Source: Alphaproteobacteria bacterium (lineage in GTDB: Bacteria; Pseudomonadota; Alphaproteobacteria; SP197). From it: a stretch of 64,000 nt of DNA. Positions 41,964 to 53,653 of the stretch are shown here, piece by piece. The first letter of the stretch is position 1. Each line of letters begins with the position of its first letter. Made by a program: the position numbers and the translations under genes. Location of the stretch: assembly GCA_964291265.2 (NCBI GenBank), contig OZ219747.1:3680001-3744000 (forward strand), written 5' to 3'. The notes below the pieces were generated by a model. The model was not told the DNA's origin. It made no database searches and saw only the letters and a list, made by a program, of their open reading frames with translations.

Positions 41964-44620
41964 GGTGAGTCCTGCTCCAGTATGGCCGCCTGGGCCGCTG
42001 CCAGGCGGGCGATGGGAATCCGGTAGGGAGAACACGACACGTAGTCGAGACCCGTCCGATGAAAGAAGGCGATCGAGGCGGGGTCACCACCGTGCTCGCC
42101 ACAGATGCCCAGTCCGAGGTCACTGCGTGTGCGCCTTCCCCTGGCGCTGGCCAGTGCCACGAATTCCCCGACACCCTCGGTATCGAGAGTGACGAAAGGA
42201 TCCTCGGCGAGGATGTCTTCCTCAAGGTAGCGTTCGATGAAGCGGCTCGAGTCATCGCGACTGATGCCGAACACGGTCTGCGTCAGGTCATTGGTGCCGA
42301 AACTGAAGAAGTCGGCCGAGCGAGCAATGTCGCCGGCCTGCAGGGCGGCGCGAGGCAACTCGATCATGGTTCCCACCTGGTAGTGCGGACGCTTCCCGGT
42401 CTCTGCCGCGACAGCGGCCGCCACGACGTCGATCGACTGGCGGATGACGGCAAGTTCTTGGCCTGTCGCGACCAGCGGCACCATGACTTCGAGATGCACC
42501 GGCTGACCTTCGGCGTGTTCGGCCATGAGAGCCGCCTCGAGAATGGCGCGGGTCTGCATCTCGTAGATTTCCGGATGGGAGATCCCGAGCCGGCACCCGC
42601 GATGTCCGAGCATGGGGTTGAGTTCCCGCAGCGAAGCGACGCGCAGTCGCACATGCTCGACATCGGTCCCGGTATGGCGTGCCAGTTCCTCCAGTTCCCG
42701 CAGACCGGTCGGCAGGAACTCGTGCAATGGCGGATCGAGAAGGCGCACCGTCACGGGAAGGCCTGCCATCGTGCGGAACAATTCGACAAGGTCCGCCCGC
42801 TGCATGGGAAGGATCCTCTCGAGGGGGCGGCGCCGGCCCTCGACGTCCTCCGCCATGATCATCTCGCGCATGGCGATGATGCGCCCGTCCTCGAAGAACA
42901 TGTGCTCCGTCCGGCAGAGACCGATACCGTCGGCGCCGAACTCCCGCGCCCTTGCGGCGTCGGCCGGTGTCTCGGCATTGGCCCTCACACCCAGGGTCCT
43001 TGCCTCGTCGGCCCACTCCATGAAGATCTCGAACTCCCCTGACTGCTCCGGCTGCCGGGTCGGTATCTCGCCGGCAATCACCTCACCGGTGGACCCGTCG
43101 ATGGTGATGATGTCGCCCCTCCTGATCGTCACGCTGCCGGCCACCAGAAGATCATTCGCGGGGTCGACCCGGATTTCCCCGGCTCCGGTCACGCAGGGAC
43201 GTCCCATGCCCCGAGCCACCAGTGCGGCGTGGGAAGTCTGGCCACCATGGCGGGTCAGGATGCCGCGGGCAGCGTGCATGCCGTGGATATCCTCCGGACT
43301 GGTTTCGGGACGAATCAGGATGACGGCCCTGCCCTCGGCTCCGAGCCCCTGGGCGTCATCGGCGTGGAAGACCGCCATGCCCGAGGCGGCTCCGGGCGAA
43401 CCGGGCAGACCACGGGCGATCACCCGACGCGGAGCGCGAGGATCAGGAACCGGGTGAAGCAGACGATCGAGGTCACGGGGATCGATCCTCATCAGCGCTT
43501 CCCGGCGTGTGATGAGCCCTTCCGTGGCCATGTCGACAGCGATCTTCAGCCCCGCCTGGACACTGCGCTTGGCGTTGCGTGTCTGGAGCATGAAGAGACG
43601 GTGGCGCTCGATGGTGAACTCGACATCCTGCATCTCGCGAAAGTGCTGCTCCAGGCGATCCATCACGGCTACCAGTTCGCCCCAGGCGTCCGGCATCCTC
43701 TCCTCAAGCGACGTGCCGTCGCCTGCAGATGCGATCGGCCAGGGTGTACGCAAGCCGGCCACGACATCCTCGCCCTGGGCATTGACGAGATACTCTCCGA
43801 ACAGTGATCGCACACCGGTGTCGGGATGGCGCGTGAACGCGACACCGGTGGCACAATCCTCGCCCATGTTGCCGAAGACCATCGCCTGAACGTTGACAGC
43901 CGTTCCGGGGGTGTCGGGAATACCGTGAATTCTCCGGTAATCGATTGCCCGCCGGTTGTTCCACGACCGGAACACGGCACGCACGGCGCCCCACAGCTGC
44001 TCGAAGGGATCCTCGGGGAACGGCTCATCAAGACGTGACTGCGCATGATGGCGGAACCGCGCGACGACCTCCCTCAGGGAAGCGGCAGTGAGGCCCGAGT
44101 CCTCGCTGATTCCCTCCTCACCCTTGACCTCATCCAGAATGTCCTCGAAATCTCCGTGATCGAGACCCAGAACGACTCCGCAGTACATCTGGATGAACCG
44201 GCGGTAGCTGTCCCAGGCGAAGCGGTCACTGCCGCTGGCCCTTGCGAGGCCCTCCACGGTGGTGTCGTTGAGCCCGAGATTGAGAACCGTGTCCATCATG
44301 CCGGGCATCGAGGCCGGTGCACCCGAGCGCACGGACACCAGCAGGGGATCGCATGCACTGCCAAAGCCCCGCCCCATCTGCTCCTCGATATCCTGAAGCG
44401 CCTCCCTCGCCTGCCGGGCGACATTCCCGGAAAGATCGAGGGCGCCATCGGCGAGAAATGCCGCACAGGCCTCGGTGGTGATCGTGAAACCGGGCGGCAC
44501 GGGGAGCCCGAGAGCCGCCATTTCCGCGAGACTGGCACCCTTGCCGCCGAGCAGGGTGCGCATCGAGGCCGCGCCTTCGGCTCCTCGAGGACCGAAGGAG
44601 TAGACCCAGGACACGGTCAT
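41960..44620 (-). CDS. ppdK: Pyruvate, phosphate dikinase
   Basis: LLGGKG, SVRSGAPASMPGMMDT, GGQTSHAA, GLCRTEHMFF, SFGTNDLTQ, ICGEHGGDP. Confidence 0.97.
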   Translation of the reverse strand: MTVSWVYSFGPRGAEGAASMRTLLGGKGASLAEMAALGLPVPPGFTITTEACAAFLADGALDLSGNVARQAREALQDIEEQMGRGFGSACDPLLVSVRSGAPASMPGMMDTVLNLGLNDTTVEGLARASGSDRFAWDSYRRFIQMYCGVVLGLDHGDFEDILDEVKGEEGISEDSGLTAASLREVVARFRHHAQSRLDEPFPEDPFEQLWGAVRAVFRSWNNRRAIDYRRIHGIPDTPGTAVNVQAMVFGNMGEDCATGVAFTRHPDTGVRSLFGEYLVNAQGEDVVAGLRTPWPIASAGDGTSLEERMPDAWGELVAVMDRLEQHFREMQDVEFTIERHRLFMLQTRNAKRSVQAGLKIAVDMATEGLITRREALMRIDPRDLDRLLHPVPDPRAPRRVIARGLPGSPGAASGMAVFHADDAQGLGAEGRAVILIRPETSPEDIHGMHAARGILTRHGGQTSHAALVARGMGRPCVTGAGEIRVDPANDLLVAGSVTIRRGDIITIDGSTGEVIAGEIPTRQPEQSGEFEIFMEWADEARTLGVRANAETPADAARAREFGADGIGLCRTEHMFFEDGRIIAMREMIMAEDVEGRRRPLERILPMQRADLVELFRTMAGLPVTVRLLDPPLHEFLPTGLRELEELARHTGTDVEHVRLRVASLRELNPMLGHRGCRLGISHPEIYEMQTRAILEAALMAEHAEGQPVHLEVMVPLVATGQELAVIRQSIDVVAAAVAAETGKRPHYQVGTMIELPRAALQAGDIARSADFFSFGTNDLTQTVFGISRDDSSRFIERYLEEDILAEDPFVTLDTEGVGEFVALASARGRRTRSDLGLGICGEHGGDPASIAFFHRTGLDYVSCSPYRIPIARLAAAQAAILEQDSP

Positions 44621-46669
44621 TCAGCTCCCGATCCTTGAAAAATCTGCAACACGATCCATGGATGCACGGATGTGCCCAAGCAGATTGAGACGGTTCTCCC
44701 GCAGGGAGGAGTCATCGGTGTTGACGGTGACCGAATCGAAAAAGTCACCCAGGGGTGGCCTCAGTGATGCGAGTGCCGCCATCGCACCGGCAAAGTCCTC
44801 GGCAGCGAGGGTATCGGCCATGGCCGCATCCGCCGTCTCAAGAGCCGCCGCGACCGCCCGCTCGGCCTCCTCCGCCAGCAGTTTCCTGCTGATGTCTCCG
44901 GTGAAGATGCACCCGTCCTTCGCCTCCTCGATACGCAGGATGTTAGCAGTGCGCCGATAGGCCTCGAGAAGGTCGCCGCCGTCGGGCGATGCAAGGAATG
45001 AGTCGAGGGCCTCGATTCGCCGCACGAGGCGCACGAGGTCGCTGTCCCGGGTGCCGGAGAACACCGCATCGATCAGGTGATGTCCCAGCTGGCGTTCACG
45101 CAGGTGAACCTTCAGGCGATCGGCCACAAACTCAAGGACTTCGCCGGAGACATCGCGCCCGTAGCCTTTCCCCGCTGCCTGCAGGGCCTGCAGAAGATCG
45201 ATGCGCAGCCCGTTTTCGAGGATGAGGCGCACGACACCGAGCGCAGCACGGCGCAGGGCAAGGGGATCGCGCGAGCCGGACGGTCTCTCGCCGATGCCGA
45301 AGAAACCGGCAAGCGTGTCGAGTCTCTCGGCCATGGCCACGGCCACGCTGACCGGTGCCGAAGGACAGGGATCGGAGGGTCCGGCTGGCCGATAGTGTTC
45401 CGAGATGGCAAGCGCGATTTCGCTGGGCTCCCCGGCTGCACGGGCGAGATGACCTCCCATGATCCCCTGCAGTTCGGGAAACTCTCCCACGGTATCGCTG
45501 ACCAGGTCCGCCTTGGCGAGCCATGCTGCCCGGCCTGCCTGTTCAGGGTCGCACCCGGGAATCGCCGGGGCCAGCCATCTGGCCAGGGACCTGAGGCGGT
45601 GGGCCCGTTCCTCGAGAGTGCCCAGCCGAGCGTGAAACACCACGGTGGCAAGGCTGCTGATCCGGCTCTCGAGACTCACCCGAAGGTCGCGGTCCCAGAA
45701 ATGCCGGCCGTCGGCCAGGCGGGCCGCCAGAACCCTCTCGTTTCCGGTCCTGATCGACCGGCCGCCGTCGCGGCCCTGCAGGTTGGCGACAAACAGGAAT
45801 CCCGGCGCCAGGTCGCCGGAAGGCGTACGCAGGGGCATGTACCGCTGGTGGCGAACCATCTCCGTGGTCAGCAGATCCTCCGGGACCTCCATGTATTCTT
45901 CATCGAAGACGCCGGCCATGACCACCGGCCACTCGACCAGACCGGCGAGTTCGTCCATGAGACCCGCCGGTGCGTCGGTCACGAGGCCGAGATGGTCGGC
46001 GACGGCCCGGGCCCCTTCCTCGACGAGCCGCCGCCGCTCGTCGTGATCCGGAACGACACAGGCATCACGCAGCTTGGCACAGTAGTCGACGTAGTTGCAG
46101 ACCTCGAAGGGTGCGGGATGAAGGAATCGATGTCCCCGGGTCATGGCACCCGACTCGCAACCAGCGAAGCGGAAGGGCACGACGTCCCCGTCAAGGAGGG
46201 CGAGAATTGAGACCACGGGGCGGACCCAGCGTGTCTCGCCGTCAGCCCAGCGCATGGATTTCGGCCACCCAAGGGCGGTCATCGCCTCGGGGACGACCCG
46301 CGTCAGCACCCCTGCCGTCGTCTGCCCTCCCTTGCGTGAGACCGCAAACCAGAACTCGCCCTTCGAGGTTGTCCGGCGAACAAGGTCCTTGGTCCCGACC
46401 CCAGCCGACCGGGCGAAGCCCTCGACCGCCCGGGTCGGGGCGCCGATCCGCGGACCCTTGCGTTCCGTCTCGAATGACGGCTGACACTCCGGCAACCCTT
46501 CGAGATGGACGACCATGCGCCGCGGCGATACATGGACGCGCCTCGACGAGGCCTTGATGTCCTCCTCGGCAAGACGCTGCTCCAGGAGGTTGCCGAAGCG
46601 CTCCACCGCGCCCCGCTGCATCGACGCGGGAATTTCCTCGGAGAGGATTTCGAGAAGAAAGTCTGCCAC
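44621..46669 (-). CDS. glyS: Glycine--tRNA ligase beta subunit
   Basis: FLLEILSEEIPA, WPKSMRW, GNERVLAARLADG, EFPELQGIMG, DPLALRRAALG. Confidence 0.95.
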   Translation of the reverse strand: MADFLLEILSEEIPASMQRGAVERFGNLLEQRLAEEDIKASSRRVHVSPRRMVVHLEGLPECQPSFETERKGPRIGAPTRAVEGFARSAGVGTKDLVRRTTSKGEFWFAVSRKGGQTTAGVLTRVVPEAMTALGWPKSMRWADGETRWVRPVVSILALLDGDVVPFRFAGCESGAMTRGHRFLHPAPFEVCNYVDYCAKLRDACVVPDHDERRRLVEEGARAVADHLGLVTDAPAGLMDELAGLVEWPVVMAGVFDEEYMEVPEDLLTTEMVRHQRYMPLRTPSGDLAPGFLFVANLQGRDGGRSIRTGNERVLAARLADGRHFWDRDLRVSLESRISSLATVVFHARLGTLEERAHRLRSLARWLAPAIPGCDPEQAGRAAWLAKADLVSDTVGEFPELQGIMGGHLARAAGEPSEIALAISEHYRPAGPSDPCPSAPVSVAVAMAERLDTLAGFFGIGERPSGSRDPLALRRAALGVVRLILENGLRIDLLQALQAAGKGYGRDVSGEVLEFVADRLKVHLRERQLGHHLIDAVFSGTRDSDLVRLVRRIEALDSFLASPDGGDLLEAYRRTANILRIEEAKDGCIFTGDISRKLLAEEAERAVAAALETADAAMADTLAAEDFAGAMAALASLRPPLGDFFDSVTVNTDDSSLRENRLNLLGHIRASMDRVADFSRIGS

Positions 46670-46672
46670 GGT

Positions 46673-47545
46673 TCAGGAAGGCTCCGGATTCCCGAGCCAT
46701 GCCGCCGCACAGGCTCTCGCAAGACCGCGTACACGGCCGATGAAGGCGGCGCGTTCGGTGACGCTGATGACGCCCCGGGCATCGAGCATGTTGAAGGTGT
46801 GGCTGGCGTGGATGCACTGATCGTAGGCCGGAAGGGCCACTCCCGCCTCGACAAGACGCATGCAGGAGGACTCGGCATCGTCGAAGTGCCGGCGCAGCAT
46901 GGCCGCGTCCGCCATCTCGAAATTGTAACGGGACTGTTCCCTCTCGGATCTCAGGTGAACGTCACCATAGGTGACGCCATCGCCGTTCCAGTCGATGTCA
47001 CGGAAGTGATCGACTCCCTGGAGATACATCGCCAGGCGCTCGAGGCCGTAGGTGAGTTCTCCAGGAACTGGTCGGCAATCAAGGCCACCGACCTGCTGGA
47101 AGTAGGTGAACTGGGTGATTTCCATGCCATCGCACCAGACCTCCCAGCCAAGGCCCCAGGCGCCGAGGGTCGGGCTCTCCCAGTCGTCCTCCACGAAGCG
47201 GATGTCGTGGTCGAGAAAGTCAATGCCGATCGCCTCAAGGCTGCCCAGGTAGAGATCCTGGAAATCCGCCGGAGAAGGTTTCATCAGCACCTGGAACTGA
47301 TAGTGCTGCTGCAGGCGATTGGGATTGTCACCGAACCGCCCGTCGGCAGGACGCCTCGACGGCTGGACATAGGCCGCCTTCCAGGGTTGCGGTCCGAGAC
47401 TCCTCAGCGTCGTAGCCCAGTGAAAGGTCCCGGCACCCATCTCCATGTCATAGGGCTGCAGGATGACGCAGCCCTTGCCTGCCCAGTAGTTCTGGAGTTC
47501 GAGAATCAGGTTCTGAAACGGCAGACCACGGCCTGTCGTGCCCAT
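46673..47545 (-). CDS. glyQ: Glycine--tRNA ligase alpha subunit
   Basis: [44 protein letters not shown]. Confidence 0.97.
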   Translation of the reverse strand: MGTTGRGLPFQNLILELQNYWAGKGCVILQPYDMEMGAGTFHWATTLRSLGPQPWKAAYVQPSRRPADGRFGDNPNRLQQHYQFQVLMKPSPADFQDLYLGSLEAIGIDFLDHDIRFVEDDWESPTLGAWGLGWEVWCDGMEITQFTYFQQVGGLDCRPVPGELTYGLERLAMYLQGVDHFRDIDWNGDGVTYGDVHLRSEREQSRYNFEMADAAMLRRHFDDAESSCMRLVEAGVALPAYDQCIHASHTFNMLDARGVISVTERAAFIGRVRGLARACAAAWLGNPEPS

Positions 47546-47583
47546 TGCTGGTCAAACTCCCCGGAGAATGAGATGGAGGAAAC

Positions 47584-47853
47584 CTATGAAGCGGATGTGC
47601 GGCGGTCAAGCGGCCAGGGGCAGTCACTGCGGCCGCAGTGGCCGCCCACCGCCACCCAGTTGCGGCACGCCGGACAGGACTGCATCTCAACCTCACCGGC
47701 CGACCGCGGACCGAACCCGAACCATTTTCTTCTCCTGCGCCCCGTGCGCTCGCGTTCCTTCTGCTGGCGTTCGAGGTTGCGGACGAAACGGAAGCCGAGC
47801 CAGAGGACCGCGAGAATGACGGCAAAGACCGCAAGTTTCTGGAACGAGAACAT
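47584..47853 (-). CDS. Small membrane protein with C-terminal Cys cluster
   Basis: MFSFQKLAVFAVILAVLWLGFRF..CPAC..CGRSDCP; co-oriented upstream of glyQ. Confidence 0.7.
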   Translation of the reverse strand: MFSFQKLAVFAVILAVLWLGFRFVRNLERQQKERERTGRRRRKWFGFGPRSAGEVEMQSCPACRNWVAVGGHCGRSDCPWPLDRRTSAS

Positions 47854-47963
47854 GGACGTGATTGTAGGGCGTCAGGTCAGCCCGGCAAGGTCGATCTCCA
47901 GGTGGACTCGATCGGGCCCGGGGGTATAGGGTCCGCCTTCGGATACCAGCGCCGGAGACGATC

Positions 47964-49136
47964 ATGAACGATGGTGCCAGCATCTATGCCATGTCGCATG
48001 ACACGGTGAGGATCAGCACGAAGCGGTTTGCCTTGTCTCCGTGGAGTCCTGCCTATCTCACTGACGACATCCTCATGGGAGTCTACAGCCGTCGGTTCTA
48101 CGCTCTCGGCGCGACCAATGATCCGGTCGACGACTATTGGCACCTGAGAAGAGGAGTGGCCCTGTTTGATGTACCGGAACACCCCATCGAGATAGCCGGT
48201 CCGGACGCACGGGCCCTCTTCTCGAAGGTGTTCTGCCGTGACGTCTCGAAGCTGCGTGAGGGTCGCGCCACCTACGCCATCGCCTGCAACCATGAGGGCG
48301 GCATCCTGATGGATGGCATTCTCATGAAACTGGGCGAGGATCGTTTCTGGTACGTTCTCGCCGATGGCGAGTTCCTTCCCTGGCTCGAGGCCCACGCCGG
48401 TGGTCTTGATGTTGCCATCACCGATCCCGACTCCTGGGTGTTGCAGATACAGGGACCGAAAGCGCTCGATGTCATGCCGGCCATTCTGGACACCATGCCG
48501 GAGGCCCCCTTCACGTACTTCTCCGTGCACCGGACGACAATAGACCGTCATCCCTTCCTCGTTTCCCGCACCGGCTGGACAGGAGAACTGGGATTTGAAC
48601 TCTATCCCCTGTCCCGGGACTTCGACGGAGCGAAGCTCTTCAACCTGATTCTCGAAAGGGGTACTCCCTGCGGCCTGGTGTTCGCCAGCCTGGAGAGCAT
48701 GGGCGTGAGGCGCATGGAGGCAGCCATCATGGATAACGGAACCGACATAGACTCATCGATGACGCCCTTCGATGCCGGATTGGGCCGCTTCGTGGACCTT
48801 GACAGCGAGGCCGATTTCATCGGCAGGGCCGCGCTGCAAGCGGCGCCCCGCGAGCCACGCTTCTTCGGCATGGTGGCATCCGGCATCACGCCCATCGCCG
48901 GATCACGTGTCCGCCACGAAGACAGGCAGGTCGGCACGGTGACGGCGGGCGCCTGGTCTCCCTACCTGGAATCAGGCATCGCCTTCGTGCGCTTCAGGAA
49001 GGCCGAAGACTGGGTGGGGCGCACTGTCACGGTCGATACGCCTGATGGGGCCCGTGCCGGAGCGACGATCGTGGCATTGCCCTTCTACGACCAGGAGAAG
49101 AGGATTCCCCGCGGGCTCGCCGACGATATCCCCTGA
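47964..49136 (+). CDS. GcvT-family aminomethyltransferase/demethylase (DmdA-like)
   Basis: DDYWHLRRGVALFDV, GGILMDG, SRTGWTGELGFE, RRMEA, DFIGRAAL, LPFYD. Confidence 0.85.
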   Translation: MNDGASIYAMSHDTVRISTKRFALSPWSPAYLTDDILMGVYSRRFYALGATNDPVDDYWHLRRGVALFDVPEHPIEIAGPDARALFSKVFCRDVSKLREGRATYAIACNHEGGILMDGILMKLGEDRFWYVLADGEFLPWLEAHAGGLDVAITDPDSWVLQIQGPKALDVMPAILDTMPEAPFTYFSVHRTTIDRHPFLVSRTGWTGELGFELYPLSRDFDGAKLFNLILERGTPCGLVFASLESMGVRRMEAAIMDNGTDIDSSMTPFDAGLGRFVDLDSEADFIGRAALQAAPREPRFFGMVASGITPIAGSRVRHEDRQVGTVTAGAWSPYLESGIAFVRFRKAEDWVGRTVTVDTPDGARAGATIVALPFYDQEKRIPRGLADDIP

Positions 49137-49185
49137 CCTCACAGCACCTCAAGGCCGGTGCCCGACGATCGCAGGCAGCCGCACC

Positions 49186-51819
49186 TCAGCCAGCGATGAC
49201 CTCTTCGATACTCCGCAGAGCCTCCGCCGCCCTGGAGGCGTCGGGACCTCCGCCCTGCGCCATGTCCGGCCGGCCGCCGCCACCCTTTCCGCCCAGCACC
49301 TCGACCCCGGCCCTGACCAGATCGATGGCATTGAAACGTTCAGTCAGATCATCGGTGACGCCCGCGACGATGGCGGCCTTGCCGTTGTCGGTCGCCACCA
49401 GGATGACGATACCGGTGCCGACCTGCTGCTTGATCCCGTCTGCCATGCTCCTGAGTTCTCTGCCCGGCACACCCTCAAGGGTGCGTCCGACCACGGTCAC
49501 ACCGGCAATCTCGCGCACTTCCGGAAGCGCCGGTCGTGTCTCTCCGGCGGCGGCCGCCTTCCGGCGCAGGGCAGCAACGTCCCTTTCCAGGGTCCGACGG
49601 TCGGCCACGAGCTGGCGGACACGTTCCTCGACGTCCGCCGGGGTTGTCTTCAACTGTTGCGCCAGGCGGCGCAGGCGCCGGTCCTGCTCACCGAGGTAGT
49701 CAAGCGCCGACCTGCCCGTGAGCGCCTCGATGCGGCGCACTCCGGATGCCACGGCACTCTCGGAGACGATCCTGAAGACGCCGATATCACCGGTGCGCAC
49801 GACATGGGTGCCGCCGCACAGTTCCGTCGACCAGCCCCCCTCGCCCATGGAAACGACCCTCACCTCGTCACCGTAGCGTTCGCCAAAGAGTGCCAGGGCG
49901 CCGGCGCGCGTGGCTTCGTCGGGAGTCATCAGCCGGGTGGTGACCTCGCCATTCGCCCGGACCATGCGATTCACCTCGCCCTCGACCGCCCTCAGCGAGT
50001 CCTCGCCAAGCGCCGACGGATGGCTGATGTCGAAGCGCAGCCTGTCGGGGGCAACGAGCGAACCCTTCTGGGTGACATGATCGCCGAGGTGGCGTCTCAG
50101 GGCCTCGTGCAGCAGGTGGGTTGCCGAGTGGGAGGCACGCAACCGGCCGCGCCGGTCACCGTCAATGGTGAGAGTCACATGATCGCCTGGCGACAGGCGT
50201 CCTTCATCGATGTGCGCCAGGTGGAGATGCATGTCGCCAATGCGCTTTTGGGTGTCCGTGATGGTGGCGCTGACCCCAGGCCCCGCAAGGCAACCCTGAT
50301 CGCCGATCTGTCCTCCCGATTCGGCGTAGAAGGGCGACTGATTCAGCACGATGCCGACGTCATCGCCGGGACCGGCGCTGCCGACCTCGGTACTGCCGGC
50401 AACGAGAGCGACGACCTCCGCCTCGGCGGACTCGGTGGTGTAGCCGAGAAACTCCGTGGCGCCGCACCGTTCGAAGAGGGCGTACCAGAAGGGCCCGTCC
50501 GCCGTATCGCCGGTCCCTTCCCAGGCCTCTCGGGCCTTCGCCCGCTGCTCCGCCATCGCGTCATCGAAACCCTGGCGATCGACCGTACGGCCCTCGCGGC
50601 GCAGGGCGTCCTCGGTGAGATCAAGGGGGAAACCAAAGGTGTCATGGAGTCGGAAGGCGATTTCTCCCGGGAGCGGCACGCCGCCTGGAAGCTTCGCGGT
50701 CTCGTCAGCGAGCAGCCGCGTTCCCCTCTCCAGCATGGTCCGGAAGCGCTCTTCCTCGTGGCGCAGCGTCTCGGCAACCAGCGCCTGAGCGCGGACGAGT
50801 TCCGGAAACGCCTGACCCATTTCCGCCACCAGAACGGGCACCAGACGATGCATGACGGGATCCCGCGCGCCCAGGATGTGCACGTGGCGCATGGCGCGGC
50901 GCATGATCCGGCGCAGGACGTAGCCACGTCCCTCGTTGGAAGGAAGCACACCATCGGCCATGAGGAACGACGAGGCCCGCAGGTGATCGGCGATGACATT
51001 GAACGAGGGTCGCGTTTCCCTTGCGGCAGACACGCCGACACAGTCCTCGCAGGCAGTGATCAGGGCAGTGAAGAGATCAGTGTCGAAATTGCTCTTCACA
51101 CCCTGCAGGATGGCCGCCATGCGCTCGAGACCCATGCCGGTGTCGACCGAGGGCTTCGGCAGATCGATTCGCTCGTCGGCGCTCACCTGCTCGTACTGCA
51201 TGAACACCAGGTTCCAGAATTCGAGAAAGCGGTCACCATCCCCGTCCGCACTGCCGGGCGGCCCACCCTCGAGCTCGGGGCCCTGATCAATGAAGATCTC
51301 CGAACAGGGACCGCAGGGTCCGATATCGCCCATCGACCAGAAGTTGTCCGATGTCGAAATGCGAATGATCCTGTCGTCACCAAGCCCCGCGACACGCCGC
51401 CACAGGGAGGCGGCCTCCTCGTCTGAGGAATGCACCGTGATGAGAAGGCGGTCGGGGGGAAGTCCGAAGACCCCGGTCACGAGGTTCCAGGCGAGTTCGA
51501 TCGCGTGTTCCTTGAAGTAGTCCCCGAACGAGAAGTTGCCCAGCATCTCGAAGAACGTGTGATGACGGGCCGTGAAACCGACAACGTCAAGGTCGTTGTG
51601 CTTGCCACCGGCGCGCAGGCACTTCTGCGCCGTGGTGGCGCGGCTGTAGGGTCGCTTCTCGACTCCGGTGAAGAGGTTCTTGAACTGCACCATGCCGGCA
51701 GTGGTGAAGAGCAGCGTCGGGTCGTTGTGCGGCACGAGCGGGCTCGACCGCACGGCGACATGATCGTGTTCCGTGAAGAATTCGAGGAACGTGGAACGGA
51801 CCTCGCTGACGCTGGTCAT
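49186..51819 (-). CDS. alaS: Alanine--tRNA ligase
   Basis: [61 protein letters not shown]. Confidence 0.97.
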   Translation of the reverse strand: MTSVSEVRSTFLEFFTEHDHVAVRSSPLVPHNDPTLLFTTAGMVQFKNLFTGVEKRPYSRATTAQKCLRAGGKHNDLDVVGFTARHHTFFEMLGNFSFGDYFKEHAIELAWNLVTGVFGLPPDRLLITVHSSDEEAASLWRRVAGLGDDRIIRISTSDNFWSMGDIGPCGPCSEIFIDQGPELEGGPPGSADGDGDRFLEFWNLVFMQYEQVSADERIDLPKPSVDTGMGLERMAAILQGVKSNFDTDLFTALITACEDCVGVSAARETRPSFNVIADHLRASSFLMADGVLPSNEGRGYVLRRIMRRAMRHVHILGARDPVMHRLVPVLVAEMGQAFPELVRAQALVAETLRHEEERFRTMLERGTRLLADETAKLPGGVPLPGEIAFRLHDTFGFPLDLTEDALRREGRTVDRQGFDDAMAEQRAKAREAWEGTGDTADGPFWYALFERCGATEFLGYTTESAEAEVVALVAGSTEVGSAGPGDDVGIVLNQSPFYAESGGQIGDQGCLAGPGVSATITDTQKRIGDMHLHLAHIDEGRLSPGDHVTLTIDGDRRGRLRASHSATHLLHEALRRHLGDHVTQKGSLVAPDRLRFDISHPSALGEDSLRAVEGEVNRMVRANGEVTTRLMTPDEATRAGALALFGERYGDEVRVVSMGEGGWSTELCGGTHVVRTGDIGVFRIVSESAVASGVRRIEALTGRSALDYLGEQDRRLRRLAQQLKTTPADVEERVRQLVADRRTLERDVAALRRKAAAAGETRPALPEVREIAGVTVVGRTLEGVPGRELRSMADGIKQQVGTGIVILVATDNGKAAIVAGVTDDLTERFNAIDLVRAGVEVLGGKGGGGRPDMAQGGGPDASRAAEALRSIEEVIAG

Positions 51820-51851
51820 CACCTGCCTGCCGTCGTCTTCGGCGCCGGTTC

Positions 51852-52931
51852 TTAGGACGCGCCGCCCGACACGTCACGCCCTGTGGCAGGCGAGTCCTCG
51901 TCGACAAGTCCCGCCTTCGCCCGCACCCCGTGCTCGATGGCGCCGGCAATGTCGGGATTGTCGCGCAGGAACATCTTGGCGTTCTCGCGTCCCTGTCCGA
52001 TACGCTGGTCGTTGTAGGAATACCACGATCCGGACTTTTCGATGATCCCCGCGCCGACGCCGAGATCGATGATTTCGCCGGACCGGGACACGCCTTCACC
52101 ATACATGATGTCGAACTCGACGGTCCTGAAGGGGGGCGCCATCTTGTTCTTGACCACCTTGACCCGCGTCTGGTTGCCGACCACCTGGTCGCGGTCCTTG
52201 ATCTGGCCGATGCGGCGGATGTCGAGACGCACGGTGGCATAGAACTTGAGGGCGTTGCCGCCGGTGGTTGTTTCGGGGCTGCCGAACATGACGCCGATCT
52301 TCATGCGGATCTGGTTGATGAAGATCACAAGGCAGCGGGACCGGGAGATCGTGGACGTCAGCTTGCGCAGGGCCTGGCTCATCAGGCGCGCCTGGAGCCC
52401 GACATGGGTATCGCCCATTTCCCCTTCGAGTTCGGCCCTTGGAACAAGGGCGGCCACCGAGTCGATAACCAGCACGTCGACTGCGCCCGAGCGCACGAGT
52501 GTGTCGGCGATCTCGAGGGCCTGTTCTCCTGCGTCGGGCTGCGAAATCAGGAGGTCGTCGGTGTTGACCCCGAGCTTGCGCGCATAGGCCGGATCAAGGG
52601 CGTGTTCGGCATCGATGAAGGTCGCGATTCCGCCGGCCTTCTGGGCCTCGGCGGCGGCGTGCAGGGCAAGCGTCGTCTTCCCGGAACTCTCCGGTCCGTA
52701 GATCTCGACAATCCGTCCCCGCGGCAGCCCGCCGATACCCAGGGCAATGTCAAGGCCGACGGACCCTGTCGAAATCACCTCCGTCTCGACGGACTGGCCG
52801 TCCTGCCCGAGACGCATGATCGAACCCTTGCCAAAGGCCTTGTCGATCTGGCTGACCGCTGCCTCGAGCGCCCTGTTCCTCTCCATACCGGTTCCTTCCA
52901 CCACCTGAAGTTGTGGGCCATTTCTCATCAT
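51852..52931 (-). CDS. recA: Recombinase A
   Basis: [37 protein letters not shown]. Confidence 0.98.
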   Translation of the reverse strand: MMRNGPQLQVVEGTGMERNRALEAAVSQIDKAFGKGSIMRLGQDGQSVETEVISTGSVGLDIALGIGGLPRGRIVEIYGPESSGKTTLALHAAAEAQKAGGIATFIDAEHALDPAYARKLGVNTDDLLISQPDAGEQALEIADTLVRSGAVDVLVIDSVAALVPRAELEGEMGDTHVGLQARLMSQALRKLTSTISRSRCLVIFINQIRMKIGVMFGSPETTTGGNALKFYATVRLDIRRIGQIKDRDQVVGNQTRVKVVKNKMAPPFRTVEFDIMYGEGVSRSGEIIDLGVGAGIIEKSGSWYSYNDQRIGQGRENAKMFLRDNPDIAGAIEHGVRAKAGLVDEDSPATGRDVSGGAS

Positions 52932-52988
52932 CGTTCACTCCCGGTTTGCCGTTGTCCACGGCACCATCATGGCACCTTGATCGGGAAT

Positions 52989-53029
52989 GTACGCCATTTG
53001 TTCGCTCAAAGCAAGAACATTATGCGAAC
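52989..53029. promoter_or_regulatory. Two alphaproteobacterial LexA (SOS) boxes upstream of recA
   Basis: GAAC-ATTATGC-GAAC (53015-53029) and GTAC-GCCATTT-GTTC (52989-53003, i.e. GAAC-N7-GTAC on minus strand). Confidence 0.8.
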
Positions 53030-53045
53030 AACCGGTGATCCTCTC

Positions 53046-53489
53046 TCAATCGTCCCGGTGAACACGCTCACGCCGTTCATGGCGCTCCTGTGCCTCAAGA
53101 CTGAAGGTGGCGATGGGACGGGCCTCGAGGCGCCTGAGACCGATTGGCTCACCCGTCTCTTCACAATACCCGTAGGTACCCTGTTCGATGCGCCTCAAGG
53201 CTTCGTCAATCTTGGAAATCAGCTTGCGTTCCCTGTCGCGCGTACGCAGTTCGAACGCCCGGTCGACCTCCGCCGTGGCGCGGTCGGCAACGTCCGACTG
53301 GGCTACCGTGTCTTCCTGGAGATGGCGTATCGTTTCCGAGGAGTCGTGGAGGAGCTTGGCTCGCCACGACACCAGCTTGCGACGGAAGTACTCGCGCTGT
53401 CTCGCATTCATGAACTGTTCGGTGTCCCCGGGTTTGTAGCCCTTGGGCAGCTTGATGGCTTTCGCCGGAGATCCGTTCTTGCGTTTCAC
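53046..53489 (-). CDS. dksA: RNA polymerase-binding protein DksA (one-Cys type)
   Basis: FMNARQREYFR, DRATAE, RTRDRERKLISKID, YGYCEETGEPIGLRRLEARP. Confidence 0.93.
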   Translation of the reverse strand: MKRKNGSPAKAIKLPKGYKPGDTEQFMNARQREYFRRKLVSWRAKLLHDSSETIRHLQEDTVAQSDVADRATAEVDRAFELRTRDRERKLISKIDEALRRIEQGTYGYCEETGEPIGLRRLEARPIATFSLEAQERHERRERVHRDD

Positions 53490-53653
53490 AGAATTCAGCC
53501 CCAACGAGCGTGTTCAGATTGGCGGCGCCTGTATAGTTTGACACCTCACTCCAGTGCAAGCGTGAACGCCGCCGGAACCAGGGCCTGCCACCGGCGGCCG
53601 GTCCGCGAAAGAGGTGCATGTTGCACCATGCGCGCGGGCGACCAGGGGGCGTA

